A DNA stretch of 64,000 nucleotides, from NCBI GenBank assembly GCA_963750165.1, contig CAVVPN010000011.1:800001-864000 (forward strand). The letters run 5' to 3'. The position numbers and the translations under genes are program-made. Source of the stretch: an uncultured Gemmataceae bacterium (GTDB taxonomy: Bacteria > Planctomycetota > Planctomycetia > Gemmatales > Gemmataceae). Below are positions 30,493 to 42,260 of the stretch, one piece after another. Position 1 is the stretch's first letter, and each line of letters opens with the position of its first letter. Under the pieces are notes generated by a model. The model made no database searches. It saw only the letters and a list, made by a program, of their open reading frames with translations, and was not told the DNA's origin.

Positions 30493-33239
30493 AGTTCGCT
30501 CTGCACGAGCGCGTGAACCAGGCTGCGAACGCCATACCGCCTTCCCCGCGCCGCGTCGAGGATGCGCTCAACCTCGCCCCGGTCGGAAAACCGCACCGGC
30601 GCGCCGGTGGCGTAGACCGTCAGCTGCCGGACCAGGTTCCGCGCGATCGGCGCCTCGTCCTGCACCAACAGCTTCCTGAGTTCGCGCACGTCCTTGAACG
30701 GCCGGCCGTCGGGGAGCGTGCCGGCCGAATCGACCGGCAGGGCGTAATGGAATTTGAACGCCTGCCCGTTCATGCCGAAGCCCTTGACCGCGGGCACCTT
30801 GTCGGACACCGCCCGGTAGCGCGCACGGTAGCCGCCCATCACGTCGAAGCTCTCCAGCGCGAAGCCCGGCGGGTCCATCTTGCTGTGGCAGGCCGCGCAG
30901 CTCGCGCTCTGCCGGTGCTTGTCCAGCTGCTGGCGGATCGTCACCGCGCCGCGGATGTCCGGTTCGACGGCCTCGACCGACGGCGGCGGGGGCGGCGTCT
31001 CCAGCCCGAGGACGTGCTCCGTGATCCAGTGGCCGCGCAGCACCGGCGAGGTCGTCGTGCCGTTGGCGGTCACCGTGAGGACGCTGGCCTGCGTCATCAG
31101 CCCGCCGCGAAAGCTGTCGGGCGGCAACTTCACCTTGCGGAACTGGACGCCCGAGACGCCCTTGATTTGGTAATGCTCGGCCAGCCGCTCGTTCAGGAAC
31201 GTGAAGTCCGAGGCGACGACGTTCCGCGCTGGCAGGTCGGCGCGCAGCAGTTCCGCGAAGAACAGCCGCGTCTCCTCCAGCGTCGCCAGCTTCAGCGCGT
31301 CGTCGAGTTCGTAATCGTTGTACAGGGTCGTGGACGGCGCCGTGTCGTTGATCTTGCGCAGGTCGAGCCAGTAATCGGTGAACGCCTCGACGAAGCGCCG
31401 CGCCTTCGGGTCGTTCAGCAGCCGCTCGGTCTGTGCCCGCAGCACGGCCGCCTTGCTCAGCTCGCCGCGGTCCGCCAGCGTCCGCAGCGCGTCGTCCGGG
31501 GTCGAGTTCCACAGGAACAGGGACAGCCGCGTGGCCAGCGCGTGGTCGTCGAGTTTGCCCGGCCGGGCCGCGACGAACAGGAAGCCGGGCGACGACAGGA
31601 CGGCCGTGTAGGCGGTCAGCAGGGAGCGCGTGAAGCCGTGGCCCTTTTTGAACTGGTCATCGTACAGCGCCAGGAATCGCTGCACGTCGGCCTCGGCGAC
31701 CGGACGGCGATACGCCTTCTTCAGGAACGAGCGCAGCAACCGCTCGGCGTCCATGCGCGGCGCCTTGGATTCAACCTCGTAGGGGGCTTCGCGCACCGGG
31801 GGGCGGCCGAACCCCTTCCCCTTCGGCCCACCTTTTTTCGGGCCGGCTGCCGGGTCCGGGCCGAGTTCCAGCAGGACGCCCGTCCGCGCCTCCTTCGACG
31901 GCACCAGCGGCAACTGGTCGAACAACAACCGATAGCCCACGCCGCCCACCGGGTCGTCGAAGAACGGGCCCTCGATCTCGATCCACTGCACGGCGTAGCC
32001 GGGGATGCCGTCCGCGGTCGCCAGGGGGTTGACGTATTGCTCGTCGGTGCCGTTGACGCGCGTGCGGAAGAGCCGCGAACCGTCGGTCCGCACGACCTCG
32101 TTGGCCACCAGGAAGACATCCAGTTCGCGCACCGCCGGCTTCGGCGTGAAATCAACGGCCCCGATCGGGCGGGTCTGGCCGCCGCCGGAGGCGTAGACGG
32201 CGATCGGTTCGTTGCGCCGGCCGGGGTAGACCTCGTCCAGGTTCGGGCGGTGCCACAGGAGCGTGTGATACACCGGCGCTTTCGCGGGCCCCTGGCCTTC
32301 ATAGAACCAGCGCGCCACGCCGCCGCCGCCGACCCAGATCGTGTACCCGGCAATGCGCAGCTTGTAGCGCGCCGCGACCGGCGCACGCCAGCCGTTCCAG
32401 CTGTAGCCGCCCGCGTCACTGAAAATGCTCGACACCTTGCCGACCGCCTCGCGCTCCCGGGTCGCCGGGCTGGTCGCCGGGGCGCGGCCCGCGCGGACCT
32501 CCGGCTGGGCGCGGCCGTCGAGCACGGGGAACGACAGCCGGTCGGGCAGGGTCCCGTTCTCGCGCGGCCACCAGTTGCGCAGGGAAGGCTCGTCGCGGGC
32601 GTACAGCTTGCGGGTCGTCTTCGCCGGCCGCGGCAGGCCAGTCGCCACCGCCAGCCGCAGGGCATAGTCGGCCGAGTCCAGGAACCGCGCCATCTGGACG
32701 TGGGACATGTCGAGCGCTTCGCCACTCTTGTTGAAGCGGTAGGCCTCGCCGTCCTCGGGCAGCCGGCTGGCGAGTTGCGCCCACGGGACGCCGAGCAGGT
32801 CGCGCAAGGCGTTCTCATATTCCTGGCGGTTGAGCCGGCGCAGCAGCGCCCGGCCTTCGCCGGCCAGGGCCGAGTGCTCCGCGGCGAGGATCGACTTCTC
32901 CAGGCCCGCGACGAAGGCTTTCTGCCGGGCCGCGTCGGGCCTGGCCTTTTTTGCGGGCGGCATCTCGCCGGCCTGCACGCGGTCGTGCACCTTGATCCAA
33001 ACGGCCAGGTTGGCCGCATCCCTGGGGTCAAACGCCAGCTTGGCCAGGTCGAGCTGGCCTTTCTTGGTCACGCCGCTGTGACAGCTCGTGCAGTAGTCCT
33101 GGACAAAGCCCTTGTCGGGCGCGGGCGGCTGGGCCACAGCGGCTGGCGGGACCGCGAGCAGGGCCAGTGCCGCGAGTCCGGCAAGCCGCAGGCATGACGC
33201 GGCATGCGAAAGCCGTGGGAGTCCGTCGGCGTGCTTCAT
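30477..33239 (-). CDS. DUF1592/DUF1588/DUF1585 family protein with planctomycete cytochrome c domain
   Basis: CTSCH, LRRLNRQEYEN, LATRLSLFLWNSTPD, TSPVLRG, CAACH, SELFRNQ. Confidence 0.93.
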   Translation of the reverse strand: MKHADGLPRLSHAASCLRLAGLAALALLAVPPAAVAQPPAPDKGFVQDYCTSCHSGVTKKGQLDLAKLAFDPRDAANLAVWIKVHDRVQAGEMPPAKKARPDAARQKAFVAGLEKSILAAEHSALAGEGRALLRRLNRQEYENALRDLLGVPWAQLASRLPEDGEAYRFNKSGEALDMSHVQMARFLDSADYALRLAVATGLPRPAKTTRKLYARDEPSLRNWWPRENGTLPDRLSFPVLDGRAQPEVRAGRAPATSPATREREAVGKVSSIFSDAGGYSWNGWRAPVAARYKLRIAGYTIWVGGGGVARWFYEGQGPAKAPVYHTLLWHRPNLDEVYPGRRNEPIAVYASGGGQTRPIGAVDFTPKPAVRELDVFLVANEVVRTDGSRLFRTRVNGTDEQYVNPLATADGIPGYAVQWIEIEGPFFDDPVGGVGYRLLFDQLPLVPSKEARTGVLLELGPDPAAGPKKGGPKGKGFGRPPVREAPYEVESKAPRMDAERLLRSFLKKAYRRPVAEADVQRFLALYDDQFKKGHGFTRSLLTAYTAVLSSPGFLFVAARPGKLDDHALATRLSLFLWNSTPDDALRTLADRGELSKAAVLRAQTERLLNDPKARRFVEAFTDYWLDLRKINDTAPSTTLYNDYELDDALKLATLEETRLFFAELLRADLPARNVVASDFTFLNERLAEHYQIKGVSGVQFRKVKLPPDSFRGGLMTQASVLTVTANGTTTSPVLRGHWITEHVLGLETPPPPPSVEAVEPDIRGAVTIRQQLDKHRQSASCAACHSKMDPPGFALESFDVMGGYRARYRAVSDKVPAVKGFGMNGQAFKFHYALPVDSAGTLPDGRPFKDVRELRKLLVQDEAPIARNLVRQLTVYATGAPVRFSDRGEVERILDAARGRRYGVRSLVHALVQSELFRNQ

Positions 33240-33269
33240 TGGGGGCTCCTGACACCTTGGCCGCAGGAC

Positions 33270-36200
33270 TTATTCGCGTAATTCGAGCGTCAAGGCGATG
33301 ATGACCGGGGCGGTCGTGTCGCCGCCCTGAACGAACTCGATGCGGTCGATCACGTCCGCGCGCCGGGGCTGGATGCTCAGGTACCGCGCTTGCTGCTTGC
33401 CGTCAAACAGGAAGGCAAACCTGGAACCCGGCACGTCGTTGCGCTTGATGTAGTCGGCGAAGTGCTCACCGTTCATGAGTTTGTGCTCCTCGACGCTGCC
33501 GTCCTTGTAATGGAGCTTCACGACCATCGACACCGACTTCTCTTTCGTGTAGGGATAGCCCCAGCCGCTGACGCCGCTGAGCAGGTGAATCGCCTTCGCC
33601 GGGGCGTTCAATGGCAGGCTGACCGATTTCGGCATCTTCGGCGCCCGGGCCCCCAGCGGGCCATACAGCAGCACCATGTTGGGCTTCTTGTCCCCTTGCG
33701 GGTCGATGATCTGGAAGGGGATGCCGTCCACCATCCTGGTCTTCCAGTCCTTGAGCGCCATGCGTTCCGCCTTGCTGGTTTCGGCGTTGAACATGCCCCT
33801 GGTGCTGACGACGTTGGCGATCCGGTCCAGCGGCAGCGGCAAGTATTTGCCGAACTCGCGCGTCGTCAAGAATTCCAGCAGGTCGGCGAGTTGCTTAGGG
33901 TTCAGGTGCGTCTCGAAGCCGTCGGGCATCAGCGACTTCTTCGTTTCCCTGAGTTGCTCGATGTCCTCACGCAGAATGACCAGCTTTTTGCCCTCGGCGT
34001 CATACAGTTCAACGGCGGTCTTGGATTCCGACGCCAGCAGGCCGTTGAGCACCTGGCCGTTGGTTTTAACAACACTCCAGGCCTTGTAATTGCCCTCGAC
34101 ACTGCGGCTGGGGTCCATGATTTCCGTCAGCAGGTGCTCCTTGGTGTGGACCGCCATGCCGGTCAGGTCCGGCCCGATTTGCGTCCCTTCGCCGCTGTGG
34201 ACGTGGCACTTGCTGCACGTGTTTTTGAAGACCACCTTGCCGGCCGCGGCGTCGCCCTTGTCGTGCAGCAGGGCCGGTTCCCCCTTGCCGTTTTTGACGG
34301 CCAGCAACCCGTCGATCACCTTCTGGCGGTCGGCGTTGGGCAGCGCGCCGCGGGTCTTCATGAGGGCCACGGCGCGCTTCTCGGATCTTGGCGTTCGGGT
34401 GGTTGGCGAGGGCCGGCTTTTGCTCCAGCGACAGGTCGGCGAACTGGAGCTTGCCCTTCTCGACGAAGTCCAGGAAGGTCGTGGTCCACTCGGCGCGGCT
34501 CAGCAGCACCCCCAGGGCGGCCGAGCGCACGGCCGGCGTCAGCTTCGGAATCTGCTCGGCAATGCGCTGACCGACCTCCGGCCCTGCGCCGGCCTTCAGC
34601 GCCTGCAGCAAACCCAGGTTGACTTCCGGTGCCGCGCGGGCGTCGATTTGCTCCAGGATCGCGTCCAGGATTTTTTTGTCCTTGCCGCCGGTCTCCAGCA
34701 ACGCGCGGGCGGCGGCCGCGCGCTCCTCGGCACTGAGCTTGTCGTTTCTCACCCTGGCCAGCAGGGTGTTCACCGACTCGGCGACGATGCTGTTGAACTG
34801 CTTGCTGCCCCAGGAAGCCGCCAGCTGGGCCACGGCGCCTTGATCGGCTTTCGGCAGACGCAGGGCCAGGCGACCGAGGTCTTTTTCAAACTGGGCGTCC
34901 AGGGTGGGCCGACTGTCTTTGGGCCAACCCCGGGCGAGCCCGCGCACCACGGGGTCGATGACCGCGGGGTCGGCGTCGGCCAGCCTGGCGATGACGGTTT
35001 TGATGGAATCGACCGGCCCGCCGCGGGCGTAATGCTCCGCGACGATCAGCGCGACGGACAGCACCCGGTCGCTGGGCTTTTTCTGCGCGGCCAGGGCGGT
35101 CAGAAACTCGACGCTGTGCCGGGCGGCCGCCGCGGTGGCCGCGTCGGTGATCAACTTATCGCCGGGTTTGGCCAGGGCGTCGATGATCGCCTGGCCAGCG
35201 CTCGTTTTCTGAGTGGGTTGGTCGGCCATTGCCAGCATGGCGGCCAACCGGACGTTGGCATCGCCGTCATTGAGCAAGCCTGCCTCGATGATGGCGGTGA
35301 CCGACTTCGCATCCCTGGGCAAAACCTGAACGGCGTTGAGCCGCACGCCCGGCGACGGGTGCTTGAGGGCGGAATAGGCAGCCGCGGCGGTGTTGGTGTT
35401 AACGGGGTTCAACATGCCCAGGCCGTGCAGGGTCCACAGGGCGTGAATCGCACCGCAGTTCAGGCCGATCTCGTCGAAACTCTGGTCCCGAACCAGCTTG
35501 ATCAACTCCGGGACCACGTCCTGCTTTCCGCGTTCCACGAGCAGGCGCTGGGCGTGCAGCCGCCAGAAGCGGTTGTCATGTTTGAGGGTGGCCACCAGCT
35601 GTTGCGGCGTGGCGCCCTTGAGCGTCATCGGCCGGGTCGGCGGCTTGTAGTTGTCGGGCACGACGCGGTAGATGCGGCCAAAATTGGATTTGCGCAACTC
35701 GGTCGAGTAGGCTCCGCCGACGCCGGTCTTGAAGCCCGGAGGGGTCGGGTTGTGCTGGACGATGTAGCTGTACCAGTCGGTCACCCAGACGTTGCCGTCC
35801 GGCCCGACTTCCGCGCGGATGGGCGCGGTCCATTCGTCATTGCTGGCGAGCAAATTACAGGGATTCGTCGAGCGGAACTGGGCGCCGTCGCGCGTCAGCA
35901 CGAACGTGCCGACGAGGTGCCCGGTGGGCTCACACACGAACGCGGTGCGGTTCCAGTATTCCTGCGGATACGTGCGGGCGGTGTACAGCGCGTGCCCCGC
36001 CGCGGCGGTGTACATGCCAAACCAATCCACCTGGCGGACCTTGTCGGTGACGGGTTTGAACCGCGGGCTGCCCGCGATGCCGTTCTTGGCCAAACCCTTC
36101 GCGGCCCACCCGCGGACCGACTCGTAATAGCGATTGGGGATCGGCACGTAAACGCTCGGGTTGCCGTTGGCCGTCGAACCGAAGACCAGGCCCTCTTCGC

Positions 36201-37746
36201 TGAACCCGAGGCCCCAGGTGTTGTTATTGGTCGAGCGGATGAATTCCAGGTGTTTGCCGTCGGGCGTGAAGCGGAAGAAACCCTGCTTGAACGTATGCCT
36301 GGCGCCGCTGCCATCGACGACGGTTGAATTGTTGTAACCCTGCATGGCCCAGATCCAGTTGTCCAGGCCGTATTGCATGTTACTGACGCCGCCGTGCGTG
36401 TCGCCCTGGGCCCAGGTGCCCATCATCTCCTTGCGGTAGTCGGCCTTGCCGGTCCCCTTGGTGTCCTTGAGGAACACGGTCTTCTTGCCTTCAAAGACGA
36501 TGACGCCGCCGTTGGAAAACGTGAACCCGGCGGGGATGCTGAGCTGGTCGGCGAAGACGGTGAACCTGTCCATCCGGCCGGTGCCCTTGGTGTCTTCGCA
36601 AATGATGATGCGGTCGCGACCCTTGCCGTTGCCGGAGGTCTGCATGGTGTGAGGATAATCCTGAGATTCCGCGACCCACAAACGGCCCTGCTCGTCCCAG
36701 GCCGTGAAGATCGGCCGGCGGATGTCGGGGTCGCCGACCACGAACTCCACGTGGAAGCCCCGGGGAACCACCATGTGCTTCATCGATTCCTCGGGGCGGA
36801 CGGGCTGCTGCTGCAGGTTCAAGGTGGCGCCCTTGCCGCCCTTGTAATTGGGAATCTGCTTGCCAACGTCCTTGTATTCAAATGGCTTGACGCTTTTGGG
36901 GAGGGCGGTCATTTCGGGCGTCTTGAAGGGCCGGTCGTAAGCAGATTTGGGCACTTCGCGCGCCTGGCCGGTTGGTCGCGGCGTCGGGTCGGTGCCGACG
37001 GCCCAGCGGATGCCACGCTCGAGCAACTCGTGGAAGCCGGGATTGCTCCAGGTCCGTTGGTCGTGGCCCCAGGCGGTGTAAAACACACGGCCCTTGCCCT
37101 GGGTGCGGACCCACGTCCAGGGCTCCTTGACCTTGCCGTCCACGCGATATTCCAGCACGGTCCGGTCTTGCTCATTGTGTTTGGAATGCACGTAGGTTTC
37201 GTCCCAGCTTTCAAAGCCCTTGAAACCTTTCATGAGAGGATGATCCGGCTCCGCAAGGATGGTCCGGAACGTGCCCGTGCCGTGGCTCTTGAACTGGGCG
37301 CCGACCAGGGCGATGTATTTGGGTGAATTGTGAAAGGCATAGGACGCACAGTGAAGCGCGATCAGGCCCTTGCCGCCCTCGACGTAGTCCAGCAAGTCCT
37401 TTTCCTGTTCGGGCGTGATCCTGGTGGTGTTGGTGTAGAGGATCAGGCCGTCGTAGCGGGCCAGCGTCTTGGCGTTGATGGCGGCGACGTTGCCGACGAA
37501 GTCGATGTCAATGCCGCGCTCGCGCATGAGCTTGTCGATTTGCCGGTAGCGCAGCTCCGGCTGATGGCCGCTCCTGTCGCCGAAGAACAGCAGTTTGAGC
37601 GGTTTCGGTTGTTGCCCGGCGGTCGCGACGTTGGCCGGAACCGCCGCGAGCGGACGACCCGGCGCCGGTTGATCAGCAAACGTCAACGCGACGAAGGCCA
37701 GTGTGGCAAGGAAGCAATAACCCATGCGTGCGAATCGACGTTGCAT
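33270..37746 (-). CDS. PVC-type heme-binding CxxCH protein with ThuA domain, beta-propeller and HEAT repeats; apparent frameshift near 34375
   Basis: GRVFYTAWGH, GLDNWIW, NTWGLGF, CSKCH...IGPDLTG, SLMPDGFE. Confidence 0.9.
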
Positions 37747-37882
37747 GAACAATCTCCCAATGAAATCAGGCACCATGAGCACCGGGGTTGCTGTCAAAAC
37801 CGCCTGCGTTCCGAGCAAAGGGTGCAAGGAGCAAAGTCGGCGAAGCGCCAACGAGGGGGAAGAAGAACCGGTGCCGGCTGCT

Positions 37883-40800
37883 CTACCTGGGCGAAATGGG
37901 CCGGCATCCGGGTCCGGCACCGGGCACTCGGCCTGTCTTCTTCTGGGGAGGCGCCGGCGCCTTGTCGCGCAGCGTTTCCAGATAACTGATCAGGTCGGCA
38001 AAATCCGCGGGCGTCAGGCCCCCCTGCAGGCCGTCCGGCATCACCGACTTGCCGGTCTTCTTTTTGCTCTCCACCTCACCCGTTTTGATGGAATGCTTGG
38101 CCCCTGCGGCGTCGATGAGGTTCAGTTCGTCGGCGGTTTCACTGCGAATGACGCCAATCAGCGTGCGGCCTGACGTTAGCTCTACCAGATAGGATTCGTA
38201 CCCATCCAGGATGTTCCTGGACGGGTACAGCACTTCGTCGATGAGCTGGGCGCGGTTGTATTTGGCGCCGACCCCGCTGAGGTCCGGCCCCACATCACCG
38301 CCCTGCTTGTGGACGGTGTGGCACTTGCTGCACGCCGCCCCCCTGGCGTCGAAAAAGATCTTGCGGCCGCGCTCGACATTGCCCTTCAACCGGGCGACCG
38401 CGGTGGCGTATTCTGCCAGCGCCAGCGTGCTGACCTCCACCGAAAACAGCCGGCTCTTCGCCGCCGCCGCGTCGCCGGCGTAGACCTTCTGCAGCTGGAC
38501 AATCACCTCGGCCGACAGCGCCGGTTTCTGTGCCAGGCGCGCCTCGATGACCGGCAGCGCTTCCTTTTTCAGGGCTGTCACCGCCTTGAGACAGGCGGCC
38601 CGTTGATCGACGTTCTTGCCGCCCAACCCTTCCAGGTAGGCGGAAAACGCGCGCGGGTCCGGCGTCTGGGCCAGGGCGTTGATGACCTCAAAGCGCAGTT
38701 CCCCGTCCGCCAGGAGTTTCAGCAGCGGGGCCACGGCGGCTTTCTCTTTGCGGGTTGTGAGGGCGACCACCGCCGCCTTGCGAACCGTGATGGCTTTGTC
38801 CTGCAGGGCGGTGATCAGCGCCTCGGCGGCCGGCGTGCCCGCGCGACTGGTCAGGAGTCGCACCGCCGCGGCGCGGACGCCGTCGTCCGTGTGCTTCAGG
38901 TGCGCCACCAGCGCGGTGGTGACCTCGGGCGATTTGGCCTTGCCGAGCGTTTCCAGGAGCGTGACCAGCTGCGCCGGCGGCAGGTCGGCACTGGCACGCT
39001 TCATGAGCGCCTCGGTTAATTCCGGCGTGATCGACGGCAGGCTCACTGCGAAGGCCAGCGCCTGCACCACGAACCCGGGGTCCATCTTCGGATCGCTCAG
39101 CACCTCGGCGGCGAGCCGGTTGCCCGCCTTCGTGAACGCCGTATTGGGGTTCCGCACCGCCGCCAGGATGCCCAGCATTTTCTGGCGGCTCTGGGCGTCT
39201 TTTTCCCTGGGAACATGGTTCAGCAGTTCGAGGGTCAACTCGGGGTCATTGCTCGCGACCATCGCCTCGGCGGCACCCAGTCGCACCAGGGCGTCAGGGT
39301 CCCGCAACCCCGCCCGCAGCGCACCTTGAACTCTGGCGGTCCCGGCCCAGCTAACCGTGTGGGCCGGCGGCTTCGTCGCGGCCGGCTTGATGTTCCACCA
39401 TTTGCCGGTCCAGGCCGGGGGCTTGAGATCGAGGTCGGCGAGCAGTTTCACGACTTCCATGCGCGTACCCGCTGGTTTCTGCGGGGCGGCGGCGTAGGCC
39501 GCGAGCGCCTCCACGGCGCCGACCTCGTAGGTGGCGCGGAAGGCGAACAGCGTCGCCTCGCGGATTGTCGCCTTGTCGGAGTTCAGGCCCGCGGCGATGG
39601 CCAGCCACGCTTTCGGGTCACTCCGGCCGATGCGGTTCAACGCCGTGAACGCCGCGTAGCGCGCGAACAGGTCAGACTCGTCCAGCGCCGGCAGCAACGC
39701 CGCGACGCCTTGCACGTCGCCGATGCGGCCCAGCGCGGTGGCCGCCTGGAAGCGAACGGAGCGGTCGGTGTGGCCCATCAGTTTGGAAAGAGCCGGGACC
39801 GCCGCCCGCACGGCCCGGTCCCCCAGCTGCCGCGCGGCCTGCCGGCGCACGGACGGGTCGGCGTCGTCCAGGCTCGCGATGATCGCCGCGCGGCCGTCCT
39901 TGCCGGCGTCGATGCGGTCCAGCGTCCAGACGGCGCTCCAGCGTGCCACGGGCGGTTTGGTTTTGTCCTGCAACACCTTGACCAGCAGTGGCACGACACC
40001 TGGGCCGCGGTCGGCCAGGCGGCGCATGGCCACCAGTCGCACGCCCTGGGCGGGATGACTCAGCGCTTCGAGGAGTTCTTCGGTCGTTGCCTTGAACGGT
40101 TGGCCCAGCGCGGCGGGCACCAGCCACGCCGGCTTCGGCGCGGCCTGACTCTTACCGGTGTAGGTCATCTTGAGGAGGCGGCCGACGGGCGGCCCCTTGC
40201 GATTGGACCAGCCGTTGTAGTTCCAGTCCGCGACGTAAAAGCTCATGCCGTCGGGCGCGACGGTGATGCCCACGGGCCGGAATTCCTTGCCGCCCTTGGC
40301 CCGGTTGAGGAGGACCTCACGCTGCTTGATGCGGTAGCTGGCGCCCTGACGCTCGACCGCGAAGCGAACCACCTGCCCCTTGCCCCATTCGAGCATGAAC
40401 AGGTTGCCGCGGTAGGCTTCCGGCAGGGCGTCTTCGTTGTAGGCCACGCCCCCGGTGGGCGAGCCGCCGCCGTAGTCGGCGATCATCCAGAGCGTGTAGG
40501 GCTTGCGCTTCCGGTAGTCGTGAGGGTAGCCGTAGTAGCCGCCGTCCACCATGTGCGTAAAGCGCGTGTGCCAGCCCAGGCCGTCGTCGGTGTTGTCGTA
40601 GGTGAACTTCTCATCCTCGGCGTCGATCGCGACTTCGAGATGATTGCGCGTGCCGGTGGAGTAGACTTCCAGCTGCGTGCCGTCGGGGCGGAGGCGCAGG
40701 ATGCCGCCGCCGTGCAGCTCAGCCTTGCTGCCGTCGCGGCCGACGGCGCCGTAGATGCCCTTGTCCCCGGTGCTCATGTAGAGCCAGCCGTCCATCCCCA

Positions 40801-41245
40801 GGCGGATGCCGCTTGGGATGTGGTCGTTCATCCCGGCCCACGGCCTGGGGTTGGTGCAGTCGATCAGATCGATGCGGTTCTTGCCGACCGTGCCCCCGTC
40901 GTCGAAGACACTGAGCTTGGGGCAATGATGCACGTAGAGCTTGCCGTCGATATATTGCAGTCCGAAGACGGCATAGAGTTTGTCGGCGAACACGGTCCAG
41001 GTGCCGTCGAGCTGCCGGCACAGGATGCGGTCGCCGGGCTGGTTCGGCGGCCCGATCTGGTCCATCGGGTCTTCGGCGAGAAAGATGCGGCCGTCCGGGG
41101 CGCAGCACACCACCGAGCAGTATTTGACGGTGGGGTACTCGGCGATCACCTCCACTTTCCAATCGGGGGAAGTGCTCTGCGGCCCCTGGGCAGACGCCAG
41201 GGAAGGCGCGGCCAAAACCAACAGCACGATGACCCAGAACCGCAT
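37883..41245 (-). CDS. PVC-type heme-binding CxxCH protein (dehydrogenase-like propeller, HEAT repeats, cytochrome c)
   Basis: Signal peptide, GMDGWLYMSTGD, GTRN, HEAT repeats, CSKCH...VGPDLS. Confidence 0.92.
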   Translation of the reverse strand: MRFWVIVLLVLAAPSLASAQGPQSTSPDWKVEVIAEYPTVKYCSVVCCAPDGRIFLAEDPMDQIGPPNQPGDRILCRQLDGTWTVFADKLYAVFGLQYIDGKLYVHHCPKLSVFDDGGTVGKNRIDLIDCTNPRPWAGMNDHIPSGIRLGMDGWLYMSTGDKGIYGAVGRDGSKAELHGGGILRLRPDGTQLEVYSTGTRNHLEVAIDAEDEKFTYDNTDDGLGWHTRFTHMVDGGYYGYPHDYRKRKPYTLWMIADYGGGSPTGGVAYNEDALPEAYRGNLFMLEWGKGQVVRFAVERQGASYRIKQREVLLNRAKGGKEFRPVGITVAPDGMSFYVADWNYNGWSNRKGPPVGRLLKMTYTGKSQAAPKPAWLVPAALGQPFKATTEELLEALSHPAQGVRLVAMRRLADRGPGVVPLLVKVLQDKTKPPVARWSAVWTLDRIDAGKDGRAAIIASLDDADPSVRRQAARQLGDRAVRAAVPALSKLMGHTDRSVRFQAATALGRIGDVQGVAALLPALDESDLFARYAAFTALNRIGRSDPKAWLAIAAGLNSDKATIREATLFAFRATYEVGAVEALAAYAAAPQKPAGTRMEVVKLLADLDLKPPAWTGKWWNIKPAATKPPAHTVSWAGTARVQGALRAGLRDPDALVRLGAAEAMVASNDPELTLELLNHVPREKDAQSRQKMLGILAAVRNPNTAFTKAGNRLAAEVLSDPKMDPGFVVQALAFAVSLPSITPELTEALMKRASADLPPAQLVTLLETLGKAKSPEVTTALVAHLKHTDDGVRAAAVRLLTSRAGTPAAEALITALQDKAITVRKAAVVALTTRKEKAAVAPLLKLLADGELRFEVINALAQTPDPRAFSAYLEGLGGKNVDQRAACLKAVTALKKEALPVIEARLAQKPALSAEVIVQLQKVYAGDAAAAKSRLFSVEVSTLALAEYATAVARLKGNVERGRKIFFDARGAACSKCHTVHKQGGDVGPDLSGVGAKYNRAQLIDEVLYPSRNILDGYESYLVELTSGRTLIGVIRSETADELNLIDAAGAKHSIKTGEVESKKKTGKSVMPDGLQGGLTPADFADLISYLETLRDKAPAPPQKKTGRVPGAGPGCRPISPR

Positions 41246-41309
41246 TACTGAATCTCCGTGAAGCACAGGGATGAGGGATGAAAGGAAGGACCCATCATGT
41301 TCTCGTTTG

Positions 41310-41464
41310 TTCTCGTTCCCAAACTCCTGTTTGGGAACGCCTGTCTTCCGAAACTCCTGTTTCGGCCGGCGCTCAAACCCAGTTTCCACAGAAAGTTCCA
41401 CCCGGGGCGGCGAAACAGGAGTTTCGCGGAAGGGCGTTCCCAAACAGGAGTTTGGGAACGAGAA
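41310..41464. repeat. REP/REPIN-like palindromic element
   Basis: ttctcgttcccaaactcctgtttgggaacgc (41310-41340) inverted at 41434-41464; four copies of the aaactcctgttt core. Confidence 0.85.
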
Positions 41465-41518
41465 ATAGTTTTCTCTCGACTTCGACCCTTCTTCCTCAAC
41501 CTCGCTCATACCGCAGAC

Positions 41519-42088
41519 TTATTTTCTTCCGGAAACGATTCGGTTGGATGGTTGCTTCACCATGTGGTCGCCCCGCCAGTATTTCAGATCGAGGTGGACC
41601 CGTTGGATTCCCTCCGATTTTGCCACTTGGAGCGCAAAATCCTGAAACTTTTGACTAACTTCTGGCGAAAGGCCGATAACAGTTTTCCATCGTGGAAGGT
41701 GCTGGGAGCCTTTTTCCCCTGCCAGTCCTTTCGCAACATGGCTATCGAGTGGAACTTCAAGCCAGCTTTCCAATGACTCCAACCGGTAGTGCTCGCACAA
41801 GTACCGGTTATAAAGACACCCTCGGAAGAAGATGTTCAAGAATTTGCGCGAACTACCCCAATACCTGGCACCTGAAGGAAGGCTTTGTTTTAGCTCAAGG
41901 GTTGCCTTTTCAAGCTGAACAAGAAACTCCGCCTCGGTTCGACATTTGAGGGCAGCAAGGTCAAACTGCTCCAAGAATGACCGTGCTGCGGGGATTGTGC
42001 CTTTTGGCCCCATTCCGCGCACAGTCGAATGACCGATTGAGAGCCTTCCGATTCGACGTTGCAAGAGAGTCCGGAACTTGCTGTTCAT
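41519..42088 (-). CDS. Hypothetical protein, possible HhH/glycosylase-like fold
   Basis: Clean 189-aa ORF, lower GC; WGSSRKFLNIF, EVPLDSHV, HLDLKYW. Confidence 0.7.
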   Translation of the reverse strand: MNSKFRTLLQRRIGRLSIGHSTVRGMGPKGTIPAARSFLEQFDLAALKCRTEAEFLVQLEKATLELKQSLPSGARYWGSSRKFLNIFFRGCLYNRYLCEHYRLESLESWLEVPLDSHVAKGLAGEKGSQHLPRWKTVIGLSPEVSQKFQDFALQVAKSEGIQRVHLDLKYWRGDHMVKQPSNRIVSGRK

Positions 42089-42140
42089 GTTGCTGGCCTC
42101 TGTGCGGATTGATGACCTTTCAAAATTCGCGAGTTGTGAG

Positions 42141-42230
42141 CCCGAACAACATAGCTTACATGCGGGCCACTCGACTTCAAGTCCTCACTACAGCCGTAGT
42201 TGGCCCGTCACGTGCAACGGCTGGTTCGGG
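42141..42230 (-). other. attC-like integron recombination site
   Basis: cccgaac...gttcggg terminal boxes; inner gttgcacgtgacgggcca / tggcccgcatgtaagc pairing with unpaired bases; 90 bp between two co-oriented genes. Confidence 0.6.
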
Positions 42231-42260
42231 ATAATTCTCTCTCGACTACGACCCTGCTTC

